Source: Candidatus Latescibacterota bacterium | GTDB taxonomy: Bacteria > Latescibacterota > UBA2968 > GCA-2709665 | Assembly (NCBI GenBank): GCA_965203805.1 | Contig: OZ241917.1 | Span: forward strand, 2,304,001-2,368,000 | DNA: 64,000 nt | Reading direction: 5' to 3' | Part shown: piece by piece, positions 38,228 to 48,276 of the stretch | How positions within the stretch are numbered: the first letter of the stretch is position 1 | Layout: each line of letters begins with the position of its first letter | The notes under the pieces: generated by a model | Told to the model about the DNA's origin: nothing | What the model saw: the letters and a program-made list of their open reading frames with translations, nothing else | The model's database searches: none | Position numbers and translations under genes: made by a program

Positions 38228-39454
38228 CTACAACAATCCGGCTCGGCGGAGGGCGTCGGCCATGACGCTTTCAGATTTGTTTTCGGACGTGTCTTCCTTG
38301 ACCTTGAACGCTTCGACTTCCTTGACTTCAACCGCCTTCTTTTCTTCTTCCTGAACGTCGCGTATGGAAAGGGAGATGCGTTTCCTCTCCCGGTCGATTT
38401 TCCGGATTCTGGCGCGCACCTCCTGGCCTACCGAAACCGCGTCGGCAGGCCGCGCAACGCGGCTTCTGGCGAGCTGGGATACGTGTACCAGACCCTCAAC
38501 ACCCGGCAAGACTTCGACAAAGGCGCCGAACTGCTGTATCGAGACGACCTTTCCGGAAATGACCTCCCCTTCCCGGACTTTCTCGATCGCGCCGTCCCAG
38601 GGGTCGGGCTGGAGCGCCTTCAAGGAAAGCGAGATTCGTTCCTTGTCTCCTCCAAGGTCCTTGAGTTCGAGGATCTTCACGTTCACCTCGTCTCCGGACC
38701 GCAGCACGTCTTTCGGATGCCCCACGCGGTTGTGCGCGATCTCCGAAATGTGGACCAGCCCCTCCACGCCGCCGAGGTCGACAAATGCGCCGAACCTCTC
38801 CAGGCGGGTGACTCTTCCGGTGACTTCGGCGCCTTCGCTGAGCTTTTCGCGCAGTTCGTCCGCGCGGCGGGCGGCCTCGGCTTCGAGATGGGCGCGGCGT
38901 GACAGTACGATATTTCGACCCCTGCCCCGAAATTCCACAATCTTGAAGGTAAGGGTCTGGCCCGCATACGAGGCCAGATCCTTGCTGTAACCCGTATCGA
39001 TCTGTGAAACGGGACAGAAAGCCCTGCGCCCCCCGAGGTTGACAACCAGACCGCCAGAGTTGAACCCGGTAACCCGTCCGTCGACAGGGATGCCGCTCTC
39101 GTAGGCCTGCCGCAGTATCTGAACGTTGCCCGTACGCCGTGAAAGCGTCAGTCGGACTTCGTTCTCAACCGAGGCGACAAAGGCTTCGATATTGTCGCCA
39201 ACCTGGCATGAAACCTCGCCATGTTCGTCTCTCAGTTCCTGGATGTCGACAACGGCCTCACTCCTGCCCCCATAGTCTACGAACACGGAAGATTCATCGA
39301 TGGTCCGGATGCGGCCTGAGAGGCGCTGTCCCACCGAAAGAACAGGCACGGGCGCCTGGTCCTGCTCCTCTTCGAGCATGGCTGCGAATTCGTCGCTCGA
39401 CTGGTCCGAAACGTATTTCTCGTCCATTTCCTGCACATTTCGTGGTTCGCTCAT
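38228..39454 (-). CDS. Four-domain ribosomal protein S1-like protein
   Basis: Four S1 domains (RAFCPVSQI, FGAFVDLGGVEGLVHISEI, FGAFVEVLPGVEGLVHVSQL). Confidence 0.88.
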   Translation of the reverse strand: MSEPRNVQEMDEKYVSDQSSDEFAAMLEEEQDQAPVPVLSVGQRLSGRIRTIDESSVFVDYGGRSEAVVDIQELRDEHGEVSCQVGDNIEAFVASVENEVRLTLSRRTGNVQILRQAYESGIPVDGRVTGFNSGGLVVNLGGRRAFCPVSQIDTGYSKDLASYAGQTLTFKIVEFRGRGRNIVLSRRAHLEAEAARRADELREKLSEGAEVTGRVTRLERFGAFVDLGGVEGLVHISEIAHNRVGHPKDVLRSGDEVNVKILELKDLGGDKERISLSLKALQPDPWDGAIEKVREGEVISGKVVSIQQFGAFVEVLPGVEGLVHVSQLARSRVARPADAVSVGQEVRARIRKIDRERKRISLSIRDVQEEEKKAVEVKEVEAFKVKEDTSENKSESVMADALRRAGLL

Positions 39455-39777
39455 GCGGTTTCTCTCATGCTCCCTTTCCGGCGATGTTCGGGCAATCCCC
39501 CGCGCTCCCGCCCGGCGCGTACGGCGCAGGGATCTTCAGGCATTCTCCGATCAGGAGGCCATCGGATCAAGACAAATAAAGGTATGAAAAAATTCGAAAT
39601 ACGCAAGGTTTTTTTGGAAATCCGAAATCGCGGCCCGGGCGCGGGCCGGCAGGATCGCCATGTGTGCGGATCCGGTCCCGAAGGGTCAGGGAAATCTCAA
39701 CGTTGATTGCGCACGGACGTTATGGTATATTCTGGAGTACCTCGGCAGGAAGCTCACGATCGGACAGGGGACGGAAG

Positions 39778-40989
39778 ATGAACGAGAAGATCGAAGAGGC
39801 TCGGCAGGCCGCGCTTCAGACATTGAAGCCGCGAAAGAAAGAGCTGGAACACGGGTTGGCCCTTCACGGGGACTCCATCGTGTGTGACACGTACGGATTC
39901 GCGCCGCGGGCGGCCATCGATGGCGACGCGATGGCGGCCGCAGTGGAAGCCGGTGCGTCGGCGGCCGAATTGAACGATATGAACGAGGAAATGTCGATGA
40001 CCCGGTGCGCGACCGATCCGGTCGAGCGGGCTGAGTTTCAGGAGGCATGGCTGTCGGCAGGGGTGACGTGTATCGTGCAGAACGCGGGAGAAGAGGGGCA
40101 GGCGCCGTTACGGTTGATCAAACGTCTCGCCCGGTTTACGTACGTGGCCGACGTGATGCGGGATTTTCTGCTTCGGGCGACCACGCCCGCGGATATAGAG
40201 GCGGCCAGGGCGCAGGGGAGACAGTGTTTCTATATGAGCGGCAACGGCGTACCCCTGTCGCAGGACTGGGTGTCCGTCGAGGAGGAACTGAGATATATCC
40301 GTACTTTCTTTCAGCTCGGGATTCGCATGATGCACCTCACGTACAACCGGCGGAATATGATTGGCGACGGGTGCGCCGAGCCCGCCAATGCGGGCTTGAG
40401 CGATTTCGGCAGATCGGTCGTGGCCGAAATGAACCGGGTGGGCGTGATCGTAGACGTGGCGCACGCCGGCTGGCAGACCAGCCTCGAAGCGGCCAGGGCG
40501 TCCACGGCGCCCATGGTGGCCAGCCATTCCGGCTGCTGCGCGGTGAACGAACACATCCGGTGCAAACCGGACGACGTGATCCGGGCGATTGCGGATACGG
40601 GCGGTTACGTGGGCATCTGCTGCATTCCGGCGTTTCTGGGTCGAAGCGGAGACATACAGGCTCTGCTGGATCACGTCGATCATTTGGTTGGAACGGTGGG
40701 CGCCGACCACGTAACGATCGGGACGGATACGGCGTACGCGTCACGCGCGTCCGGCAAGGAGCGGAAAAAGGCGCCCCGACCGCTCGCGCGGCCGCGATGG
40801 GCGTATTTCTGGCCCTCTGACGCATTTGGCGCACACTGGCGGCAGGAACACATGGTGAAGAGCCTGGCGTGGACCAACTGGCCGCTCTTTACGGTGGGAA
40901 TGGTACAGCGCGGTTATTCGGACGCGGATATCCGCAAGATCCTCGGCGGCAACATGCTCCGTGTGGCGCGGGCGGCTCTGGCCTCCTGA
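39778..40989 (+). CDS. Membrane dipeptidase family (M19) amidohydrolase
   Basis: LTYNRRN...GLSDFG, EMNRVGVIVDVAH, ASHSG, IGTD, KILGGN. Confidence 0.88.
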   Translation: MNEKIEEARQAALQTLKPRKKELEHGLALHGDSIVCDTYGFAPRAAIDGDAMAAAVEAGASAAELNDMNEEMSMTRCATDPVERAEFQEAWLSAGVTCIVQNAGEEGQAPLRLIKRLARFTYVADVMRDFLLRATTPADIEAARAQGRQCFYMSGNGVPLSQDWVSVEEELRYIRTFFQLGIRMMHLTYNRRNMIGDGCAEPANAGLSDFGRSVVAEMNRVGVIVDVAHAGWQTSLEAARASTAPMVASHSGCCAVNEHIRCKPDDVIRAIADTGGYVGICCIPAFLGRSGDIQALLDHVDHLVGTVGADHVTIGTDTAYASRASGKERKKAPRPLARPRWAYFWPSDAFGAHWRQEHMVKSLAWTNWPLFTVGMVQRGYSDADIRKILGGNMLRVARAALAS

Positions 40990-41050
40990 TGGCCGCACCG
41001 GCATCCGTGTCATTCCGGAAAGACCGCGGCGCCACAGAAAAGGCTGTTTC

Positions 41051-42298
41051 ATGACCGGAAACCTCAATCGTCTGTCGCTTCTCCTGGTTTTCTGTTTTAC
41101 TTTCGTGCATCCGGCGCGTGGACAGCGTCCGACGTTGATCTGGCAGCCTGAGAATTCCGCGACGCAACGTTCGACAGACTCGCTGGCGGACTTCGACGGC
41201 GACGGCGACGTCGGGTTTTCGGATTTCGTGCTGTTCGCGCGCAGTTTCAACGCCCGGGAAGGCGAAGCGGCGTACGACGCCCGGCTGGACCTGAACGGCG
41301 ACGGCACCGTCAACTTTCCCGATTTTATCGCGTTCAGCGCCGCATTTGGCGGCGTTTCCAACGGTGCGACGTCCACCCGCCATGCGGTTTACGTACTCGA
41401 CCCGGTGTTGGGAGGGGCGGCGATTTTCGATTCGGAATCCCATCTGCTAACGGACTATCTGAGGTTCCGGGGTCCCACCGGTATCGCGGTCTCCGCTGAC
41501 GAGCGGGCTGTTTACGTCTCGGAAGGATTCGGGCTTTTCGCCATAAACGCAAATCACGAAGCGCTGTTCTCGATACCAACGGAGTCTCAGGGACGTGTCG
41601 TGCTCAGCCCCGACGAGCAGTTCGCTTACGTGACCGAAGAACGACACGACCGGTTGGTGGTGCTGGACCTGGTCGCCCGGATTCCCGTGGATACGATTTC
41701 GGTCGGCGACCGGCCGATCGACGTGGCGATCACCCCGGACGGGAAAAAGCTCTACGTGGCGAACGCCGACAGCCGCGACGTTACCGTCATCGACGTGGAT
41801 CAGGGGGAGGTCGTGGCCGGCATAATCATCGGCGGCGTCCCCGGTGAGATCGACGTTACGGCGGACGGGGCGCGGGCGTACGTGACGAACGTCGACCGGG
41901 GTGTGGTTTCGGTTTTGGATTTGAATTCGGATCGGGTTGCGGGGGGCATCCAGCTGAGGGGAGATTCCGCGAGGGGGCTGGCGTTCTCGCCAGACGGCCA
42001 GACGCTCTACGTGGCTTCCACGGGCACGCAGACCGGCGGATTCCTGCTCTCCGTCGACGTGCAGCGCAATCTCATATCCCGGCGGCTCCACGTGGGCGAC
42101 GCCGCGTCCACGGTCGGCGTCTCGCCGGATGGCTCGCGCCTTTACATCGGCACGCTGGTGCTGGACGGCGGCGGCCCGGGCCTGAGCGCCGTCGACCTGA
42201 ATGACTGGCGGGTGCTGGGGCGGGTGCTGGGAGTCGACTTTATCGCACAGTTCGCCTTCCGCACTCTGTCTGAGCGGGAGTCCGCGGGGGATCGCTGA
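41051..42298 (+). CDS. Secreted protein with dockerin/EF-hand-like domain and YVTN beta-propeller
   Basis: Signal peptide, DFDGDGDVGFSDF...DLNGDGTVNFPDF, and repeated PDG..YV(T/A)N blades. Confidence 0.85.
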   Translation: MTGNLNRLSLLLVFCFTFVHPARGQRPTLIWQPENSATQRSTDSLADFDGDGDVGFSDFVLFARSFNAREGEAAYDARLDLNGDGTVNFPDFIAFSAAFGGVSNGATSTRHAVYVLDPVLGGAAIFDSESHLLTDYLRFRGPTGIAVSADERAVYVSEGFGLFAINANHEALFSIPTESQGRVVLSPDEQFAYVTEERHDRLVVLDLVARIPVDTISVGDRPIDVAITPDGKKLYVANADSRDVTVIDVDQGEVVAGIIIGGVPGEIDVTADGARAYVTNVDRGVVSVLDLNSDRVAGGIQLRGDSARGLAFSPDGQTLYVASTGTQTGGFLLSVDVQRNLISRRLHVGDAASTVGVSPDGSRLYIGTLVLDGGGPGLSAVDLNDWRVLGRVLGVDFIAQFAFRTLSERESAGDR

Positions 42299-42339
42299 AC
42301 GCGGAAACCCCCCGTCGGGCTCGCGGTATTGCGGTAACT

Positions 42340-42873
42340 TCAGTCGACGGCCTTGATAATACGGATCTTGACCCGGGCGACCCCCTCCTCCACCATGTCC
42401 AGGCGACGGGCCGCACCCAGAGAAAGGTCCAGAATCCGGCCTTCGACAAAGGGTCCCCTGTCGTTGACCGTCACTTTGACGTTTCGTCCGTTTCCAAGAT
42501 GGGTTACATGGATGACGGTACCGAGCGGAAGTTCCCGATGTGCCGCGGAGAGTCCGTACATATTGTAGATCTCACCGCTTGCGGTGGGACGGCCGTGGAA
42601 CTTGTGCGCGTAATACGAGGCAAAGCCGACCTGAAAAGCGTCTTTGGTGGAAATCACGGGAGCGTCGGCGGCTGTCTTTTCGGAGTCGGTTCCTGGCGGC
42701 GAGGAGCGATACCTGGGACGGGAGAAACAGCCTGAACTAAGGCCGATTGCAAATATCAGGAGCACGTGAACTGCAACGCGGTCAGCCCCGCGGCCCGGTT
42801 TCGAACGAACCCACGAGGTCCGAGATTCGCCCGATCCGTTGGCTGCGGCAGTATTCGGCAAGGCCATCGACAA
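42340..42873 (-). CDS. rlpA: RlpA-like lytic transglycosylase lipoprotein (start uncertain, ORF overlaps pyrD)
   Basis: Lipobox LSSGC, GFASYY..FHGRPTASGE, AAHRELPLG, VNDRGPF, ILDLS. Confidence 0.88.
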   Translation of the reverse strand: MSMALPNTAAANGSGESRTSWVRSKPGRGADRVAVHVLLIFAIGLSSGCFSRPRYRSSPPGTDSEKTAADAPVISTKDAFQVGFASYYAHKFHGRPTASGEIYNMYGLSAAHRELPLGTVIHVTHLGNGRNVKVTVNDRGPFVEGRILDLSLGAARRLDMVEEGVARVKIRIIKAVD

Positions 42874-43705
42874 TCTCCAGGGCAGCCCAGGGGTTGATGA
42901 AGGTGGTCGTCCCTACCTGTACGGCGGATGCGCCGACAATCAGGAACTCGATTGCATCTTCAGCCGTCGCAATGCCGCCCATACCGACAACCGGAATCGA
43001 GACCGTGTTTGCGACCCGCCAGACCATCGCCAGCGCGACCGGCTTGACGGCAGGTCCGGATAGGCCGCCGGTAACGTTGCCCAGAACGGGACGCCGGGTG
43101 CCGATGTCCACGGCCAGCCCCAGGAGCGTGTTGATCAGCGCGATGCTGTCGGCGCCCCCTTCTTCCACCGCCGCGGCCACCACGGCGATGTCGGTTACGT
43201 TGGGCGTGAGCTTGACGATGACCGGAAGTCTGGATACCGCCTTTACTGCCGCCGTGACACCGTACGCGGCCGTCTCCCGACATCCGAAGAGCTGACCGCC
43301 GTCCTTCATATTCGGCGACGAGATGTTCAATTCGAGGGCGTCGATCTCCGGTATGTCGTTGAACCGGCGCGCCATTTCGGCGAATTCGTCGTTCGAGGTG
43401 CCGGCGATGCTGACAATCCGCGCTGTGGAAAGCGCCTGCAGTGCAGGGACCCTTTCCTCAATAAACGCGTCGATACCGGGATTCGTGAGGCCGATGGAGT
43501 TGAGCATTCCCGACGGGGTCTCCGCGGTACGGGGGGTGGTGTTTCCCGCGCGCGGACGATTGGTGATGGTCTTGGTGACCACGCCGCCGACCTGCGCAAA
43601 GTCAAGCACGCCCGCGTACTCTGCGCCGTGCCCGATGGTCCCGGAGGCCATCATCACGGGGTTCCTGATGGTCAGGCCGCCTCCGATGTGCGTGGAAAGG
43701 TCCAT
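42782..43705 (-). CDS. pyrD: Dihydroorotate dehydrogenase B, catalytic subunit
   Basis: NPVMMASGT, TKT, MLNSIGLTNPG, ELNISSPN, VKLTPN, GGLSGPAVKP. Confidence 0.93.
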   Translation of the reverse strand: MDLSTHIGGGLTIRNPVMMASGTIGHGAEYAGVLDFAQVGGVVTKTITNRPRAGNTTPRTAETPSGMLNSIGLTNPGIDAFIEERVPALQALSTARIVSIAGTSNDEFAEMARRFNDIPEIDALELNISSPNMKDGGQLFGCRETAAYGVTAAVKAVSRLPVIVKLTPNVTDIAVVAAAVEEGGADSIALINTLLGLAVDIGTRRPVLGNVTGGLSGPAVKPVALAMVWRVANTVSIPVVGMGGIATAEDAIEFLIVGASAVQVGTTTFINPWAALEIVDGLAEYCRSQRIGRISDLVGSFETGPRG

Positions 43706-43783
43706 GGGCGTTATGAGAGGTGCGTCCTTGCAGGGAAACGCCCGTCAACGCAGGGCTACCCTGTGGGGACGGCCATGGGCCGT

Positions 43784-44578
43784 CTACCAGACGATGGCAT
43801 GGGCGTCCACCACCGGTCCTTCAATGCAGACCCGTCGATATCGATGATCTTCCCGATCCGCTTCCAGGTATTCCACCACACAGCCCATACAGGCGCCGAA
43901 TCCGCAGGCCATATGGTTTTCGAGTGATGCGAAGCAAGGCAGACGGTGCTCGGCTGCGATCCCGGCGACCCGCGCCATCATAGGGTGCGGGCCGCAGGCA
44001 AGGACCTGGGTTTCGCCGGACCGCACGTGTGCCGGAATCAGGTCCGTTACAGGGCCTCTGTGCCCAAGGCTCCCATCGTCCGTTGCAAGGCGTCGACACA
44101 GATCGGGGGGAATCACGCGATCCATCTCGGGCATACGCACTTTGTTCGCAGCCCCCATCAGGAGAACCATTTCGGCTCGACGTTCCTTGTAGAACCAGGC
44201 CGAAAAGGCAAGGGGGACCAGCCCCACGCCCCCGGCGACCAGTAGCAGCCGGTCGGCATCGGGCGGGACAAAGGCCTGGCCCAGCGGGCCGAGCAGGTCG
44301 AGATGCCGGCCGGCCGGGGCCGCGGCCATTCTGCGCGTGCCTTCGCCGATGGCGTCGTAGACGATCTCCAGCCATCCCGCTTCGGCATCCACGCGCAGCG
44401 CGCTGAACGGGCGCCGGAGATAGGGCGTCCGGCCGGGATCGGTAAGGACCTGAACAAACTGGGCGGGGCGGCAGGACCGGGCAATTCCCGGGGCGCGCAG
44501 ACGCATCAGGTAGACGTTTCGAGCAATCCGCTCGTTGACGAGGATTTCGGCGTTTTCCTGGAAGAATCGTGAATTCAT
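43784..44578 (-). CDS. pyrK: Dihydroorotate dehydrogenase B electron transfer subunit
   Basis: LRRPFS, GPLG, AGGVG, CGP, MACGFGACMGC...VCIEGPV. Confidence 0.93.
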   Translation of the reverse strand: MNSRFFQENAEILVNERIARNVYLMRLRAPGIARSCRPAQFVQVLTDPGRTPYLRRPFSALRVDAEAGWLEIVYDAIGEGTRRMAAAPAGRHLDLLGPLGQAFVPPDADRLLLVAGGVGLVPLAFSAWFYKERRAEMVLLMGAANKVRMPEMDRVIPPDLCRRLATDDGSLGHRGPVTDLIPAHVRSGETQVLACGPHPMMARVAGIAAEHRLPCFASLENHMACGFGACMGCVVEYLEADREDHRYRRVCIEGPVVDAHAIVW

Positions 44579-44642
44579 GCGGTGAAGGCTTCACGGGGAC
44601 AAACCGGACCGCATTGAAGATCCGAGCCGGCCGCTCCGTCGA

Positions 44643-46415
44643 CTATTTCTTTTGCCGGCCCCGGGAATCTCTATTGCGTGTTTCGTCTCCCCGATCCGAA
44701 GGCGTCCTTCCGCCTGCGGCTTCGGCGTCCGGATCGGACCTCGCGATGGCTCCCAGAAAGTCGCCCTTAAGGCTTTCCGACGCGATTTCCGCGAAGTCGG
44801 TCTGAGGATAGCTGTCCACCAGCCGCTGGTAATAGACCCGGGCGGTGTCCGGGTTTTCCAGACGGTTCGCGTAGGTCCAGGCGATGGTATAGAGGGCTTT
44901 GGCCGCAACGGGACTGTTCGGGTGCTCCGACGAGAGTTGTTTGAGGACCTCCAGGAAACCGGACGGCGGCGCCCCCTCGCTGATCAGCGTTTCGGCCTCG
45001 AGAAACCTGGCTTCCGCCCTGGCGTCTTCTTCCAGGGACTTCGCCAGCCGCTGGCGGGCGTTCACCGCGTAGGGATTGACGGGATACCCGTCGATCAGTT
45101 GCCGGAATGTCTTTTCCGCAGCATCCTGGTTTTTCAGGCTGTCCGCGTAAATCAGGCCGATGGCATAGAGTGCCTTTGGCGCCAGTTCGGCATCGAGACT
45201 GTCGGCGATTCCGTAGGCTCTGCGGTAGGTCGCGAGCGCGGAGTCGGGTTCCGAAAAGTTGAACAAATACATTTCGGCCACATTGAAGAGCGCTTTCAGA
45301 CCCTTCTTCTTGCCCTTGGCGGCCGCCTTCTGGTAACGCGCCAGCTTGCCAAGGTCCTTTTCCCGGTCTCTGGCCGCCCTGCCGGCGTCGGATCCGGGAT
45401 TTTCTTTTCGGGCGCTGGCGAAAAGTTCCTGCGCCTTCTCCATATCCCGGTGGGTCCGCTGCGCCACCGTCGCCAGGCGGTAGTAGGCTTCGGCGCTGTA
45501 CTCGGTCTTCGGGTTGTCCTTGATGACTTCATTGTAGATCTCATCGGCGGTTTCCTGTCGGCCCATCAGATGATACGCGTGCGCCCGTTTGAGATGCACG
45601 TTCGGCTCATAGGATCTCAAGCTCTTGATCTTCAGAATGCCGTCGTACTCCGCCAGGACTTCGTCCAGCTTTCCCTGGAGCTCTAGAGTCCGGCCGATCT
45701 GAATGCGGGTCTCGTAATTGACTTTGTTTTTCGGTCTTGATTTCAGAACGCGACGATACGCCAGCAGGGCCTCGTCGTACTGTTCCAGCTGAAACCTTGC
45801 GTTCCCGATACCCTCCCATATCTTCGCGGCCAGTCCTCTAGGCCTGCCCTCGAGCAGTTGTTGATATGCATCGATGGCGGCGGCGTGATCGCCGGCTTCG
45901 GCTTCCAGTTCCGCAAGCGCGAGCCGCGCCTTTCCCGAGAATTGCGGATCCCCGCTCTCCCCCACGTTCGCCAGCAAGGGCCGCGCTTCTTCCGGCCTTC
46001 CTGCGGCCCAGAGCGAAAGCCCCTTCCAGTAGAAGCCTTCGGTGAGCAGCCGGCTCTGAGGAAAATTGTCCTGCAGTTCCTGGAACTTGGTGAGCGCATC
46101 CCGGTAGTTTCCCCGCCAGTAGAAGGCCTTGCCGATGAGCAACAGGCTGTCGTCAACCCACTTGCTTTCGGGATGCCGGTCGAGGACGATGGACGCCTTT
46201 TGTATGGCCCACATGTAGTTTTCACGGTACCGTAACGTCATCTGCCGGCTCTTGCGGCCGCTGGCGGCCACGTTTTCGGCTTCCTCTCTCCTGCGTTCGG
46301 CCTCCTGGTATTGTTTCCGGGCGTTATAGAATGTGTTGTAGTAGACACACCCGGAAATCAGGCTTGCGGCGAACAGGATGACGCAGGGGATGAGCATTCT
46401 CCGGTTCGATTTCAT
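44643..46415 (-). CDS. TPR-repeat lipoprotein
   Basis: Lipobox ISGC, YYNTFYNA, HPESKWVDD and multiple TPR repeats. Confidence 0.85.
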   Translation of the reverse strand: MKSNRRMLIPCVILFAASLISGCVYYNTFYNARKQYQEAERRREEAENVAASGRKSRQMTLRYRENYMWAIQKASIVLDRHPESKWVDDSLLLIGKAFYWRGNYRDALTKFQELQDNFPQSRLLTEGFYWKGLSLWAAGRPEEARPLLANVGESGDPQFSGKARLALAELEAEAGDHAAAIDAYQQLLEGRPRGLAAKIWEGIGNARFQLEQYDEALLAYRRVLKSRPKNKVNYETRIQIGRTLELQGKLDEVLAEYDGILKIKSLRSYEPNVHLKRAHAYHLMGRQETADEIYNEVIKDNPKTEYSAEAYYRLATVAQRTHRDMEKAQELFASARKENPGSDAGRAARDREKDLGKLARYQKAAAKGKKKGLKALFNVAEMYLFNFSEPDSALATYRRAYGIADSLDAELAPKALYAIGLIYADSLKNQDAAEKTFRQLIDGYPVNPYAVNARQRLAKSLEEDARAEARFLEAETLISEGAPPSGFLEVLKQLSSEHPNSPVAAKALYTIAWTYANRLENPDTARVYYQRLVDSYPQTDFAEIASESLKGDFLGAIARSDPDAEAAGGRTPSDRGDETRNRDSRGRQKK

Positions 46416-48244
46416 GCCTTGTCGCCCGCCTCCTTCCGGTGGAACTCCTGCAGAGAACGAATCCGGACCGCGCCGTTTTTCTTCAGGGACTCGATGCCGG
46501 ACACCGCGGCCGAGGCGCCCGCCAGCGTGGTCGTGTACGGAATGCCGTATTGCAGCGTTGCCTGGCGAATCCTGTGATCGTCCGCCTGCGCGGCTTCCCC
46601 CGCCGGGGTGTTGACCATCAGGACGATCGACCGGTTTTTAATGGCGTCCAGAATATTGGGGCGGCCCTGCTGAATCTTGAGGATGGGTTCGGCGAGGATA
46701 TCGTGGGCCTTGAGCCGGGCGTGGGTTCCGCGGGTGGCGACAATCCGGAACCCCAGTTCCGCCAGCCGCCGGGCAACGGGTATCACGGCATCCTTGTCCC
46801 GGTCGTTGACCGAGATAAAAACCGCGCCCGAGGTGGGCAGCCGTACCCCGGCGCCGAACTGCGCCTTGTGGAAGCTCAGGCCGAAGTCCGTGTCGATGCC
46901 CATGACTTCGCCGGTGGACTTCATTTCGGGCCCCAGCAGCGTATCCACGCCGGGGAACTTGGCGAACGGCAGAACGGCTTCCTTTACAGCAATGTGATCG
47001 AAGACGACTTCGCCTGTCAGCCCCTGTTCCCTGAGGGATCGGCCGACCATGGCCCGCGCGGCCACTTTCGCCAGCGGAATACCGATCGTCTTCGAGACAA
47101 ACGGTACCGTGCGGCTTGCCCGCGGATTGACCTCGAGAATGTAGACCTGGTTGTCCTGAAGGGCGAACTGCACGTTCATCAACCCCACGACGTTCAACGC
47201 GCCGGCCAGCGCGTGGGTGTGGGAACGGAGTTCATCGAGGTGTTCCGCGGAGATGTCGTAGGGCGGCAGCACGCAGGCGCTGTCGCCCGAATGCACGCCC
47301 GCGCTCTCGATATGCTGCATGATGCCGCCGATCACAACCGTCGTATCGTCCGCGACGGCGTCGACGTCGAACTCATGCGCGTCTTCGAGGAAACGGTCGA
47401 TGAGGATGGGATGTTCGGGGGAGGCCTGGATTGCCTTTTCCATGTAGCTGAGAAGCGCATTCCGCTCGTAGACGATGACCATGGCGCGCCCGCCGAGGAC
47501 GTACGAGGGCCGTACAAGCACGGGATAGCCGATATCGTCGGCCACGGCGACGGCTTCGTCCACGCTGGTGGCGGTTCCGTTGTCGGGCTGGGTGATGCCG
47601 AGTTGCCTGATGAGTGCGCCGAATCGCTTGCGGTCTTCGGCCAGATCGATGCTGTCCGGAGACGTCCCGATGATGTTGACGCCGCCGCATTCCAGGTCGC
47701 GTGCGAGATTCAGCGGGGTTTGCCCGCCGAGCTGCACGATCACGCCGTCGGGCTGTTCCAGGTGTGCGATATTGAGCACGTCTTCGGCCGTGAGCGGCTC
47801 GAAATAGAGTTTGTCGGAGGTGTCGTAATCGGTGCTTACGGTTTCGGGGTTCGAATTGACCATAATGGTCTCATAGCCGTCTTCCTTGAGCGCAAAAGCC
47901 GCGTGCACGCAGCAGTAATCGAACTCGATGCCCTGCCCGATGCGATTCGGGCCGCCGCCCAGGATCATGACTTTGGGACGATCCGATCGCGTGGCCTCGT
48001 TTTCGTCTTCATACGTGGAATAGTGATACGGCGTATATGCCTCGAACTCGGCGGCGCACGTATCGATGGTCTTGTAGACCGCGTGGATATTCAGTTCTTT
48101 TCGGAGCGCCCTGACGGTCCATTCACTGGTCGTCCACAGGTGGGCGAGTTGTCGGTCGCTGAACCCGTATCGCTTTGCCTTGATCAGATCGGCTCGGCCG
48201 ACACGGGTCCGCAGATCGTCGAGGGTTCGTTGTTTCCGGTGCAT
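46412..48244 (-). CDS. carB: Carbamoyl-phosphate synthase large subunit, C-terminal section
   Basis: DTCAAEF, GGPNRIGQGIEFDYCC, RPSYVLGG, EVNPRASRT and MGS domain. Confidence 0.9.
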   Translation of the reverse strand: MHRKQRTLDDLRTRVGRADLIKAKRYGFSDRQLAHLWTTSEWTVRALRKELNIHAVYKTIDTCAAEFEAYTPYHYSTYEDENEATRSDRPKVMILGGGPNRIGQGIEFDYCCVHAAFALKEDGYETIMVNSNPETVSTDYDTSDKLYFEPLTAEDVLNIAHLEQPDGVIVQLGGQTPLNLARDLECGGVNIIGTSPDSIDLAEDRKRFGALIRQLGITQPDNGTATSVDEAVAVADDIGYPVLVRPSYVLGGRAMVIVYERNALLSYMEKAIQASPEHPILIDRFLEDAHEFDVDAVADDTTVVIGGIMQHIESAGVHSGDSACVLPPYDISAEHLDELRSHTHALAGALNVVGLMNVQFALQDNQVYILEVNPRASRTVPFVSKTIGIPLAKVAARAMVGRSLREQGLTGEVVFDHIAVKEAVLPFAKFPGVDTLLGPEMKSTGEVMGIDTDFGLSFHKAQFGAGVRLPTSGAVFISVNDRDKDAVIPVARRLAELGFRIVATRGTHARLKAHDILAEPILKIQQGRPNILDAIKNRSIVLMVNTPAGEAAQADDHRIRQATLQYGIPYTTTLAGASAAVSGIESLKKNGAVRIRSLQEFHRKEAGDKA

Positions 48245-48276
48245 AACGGCTGCCGAACTCGTTCGGGCGCCTGGAA

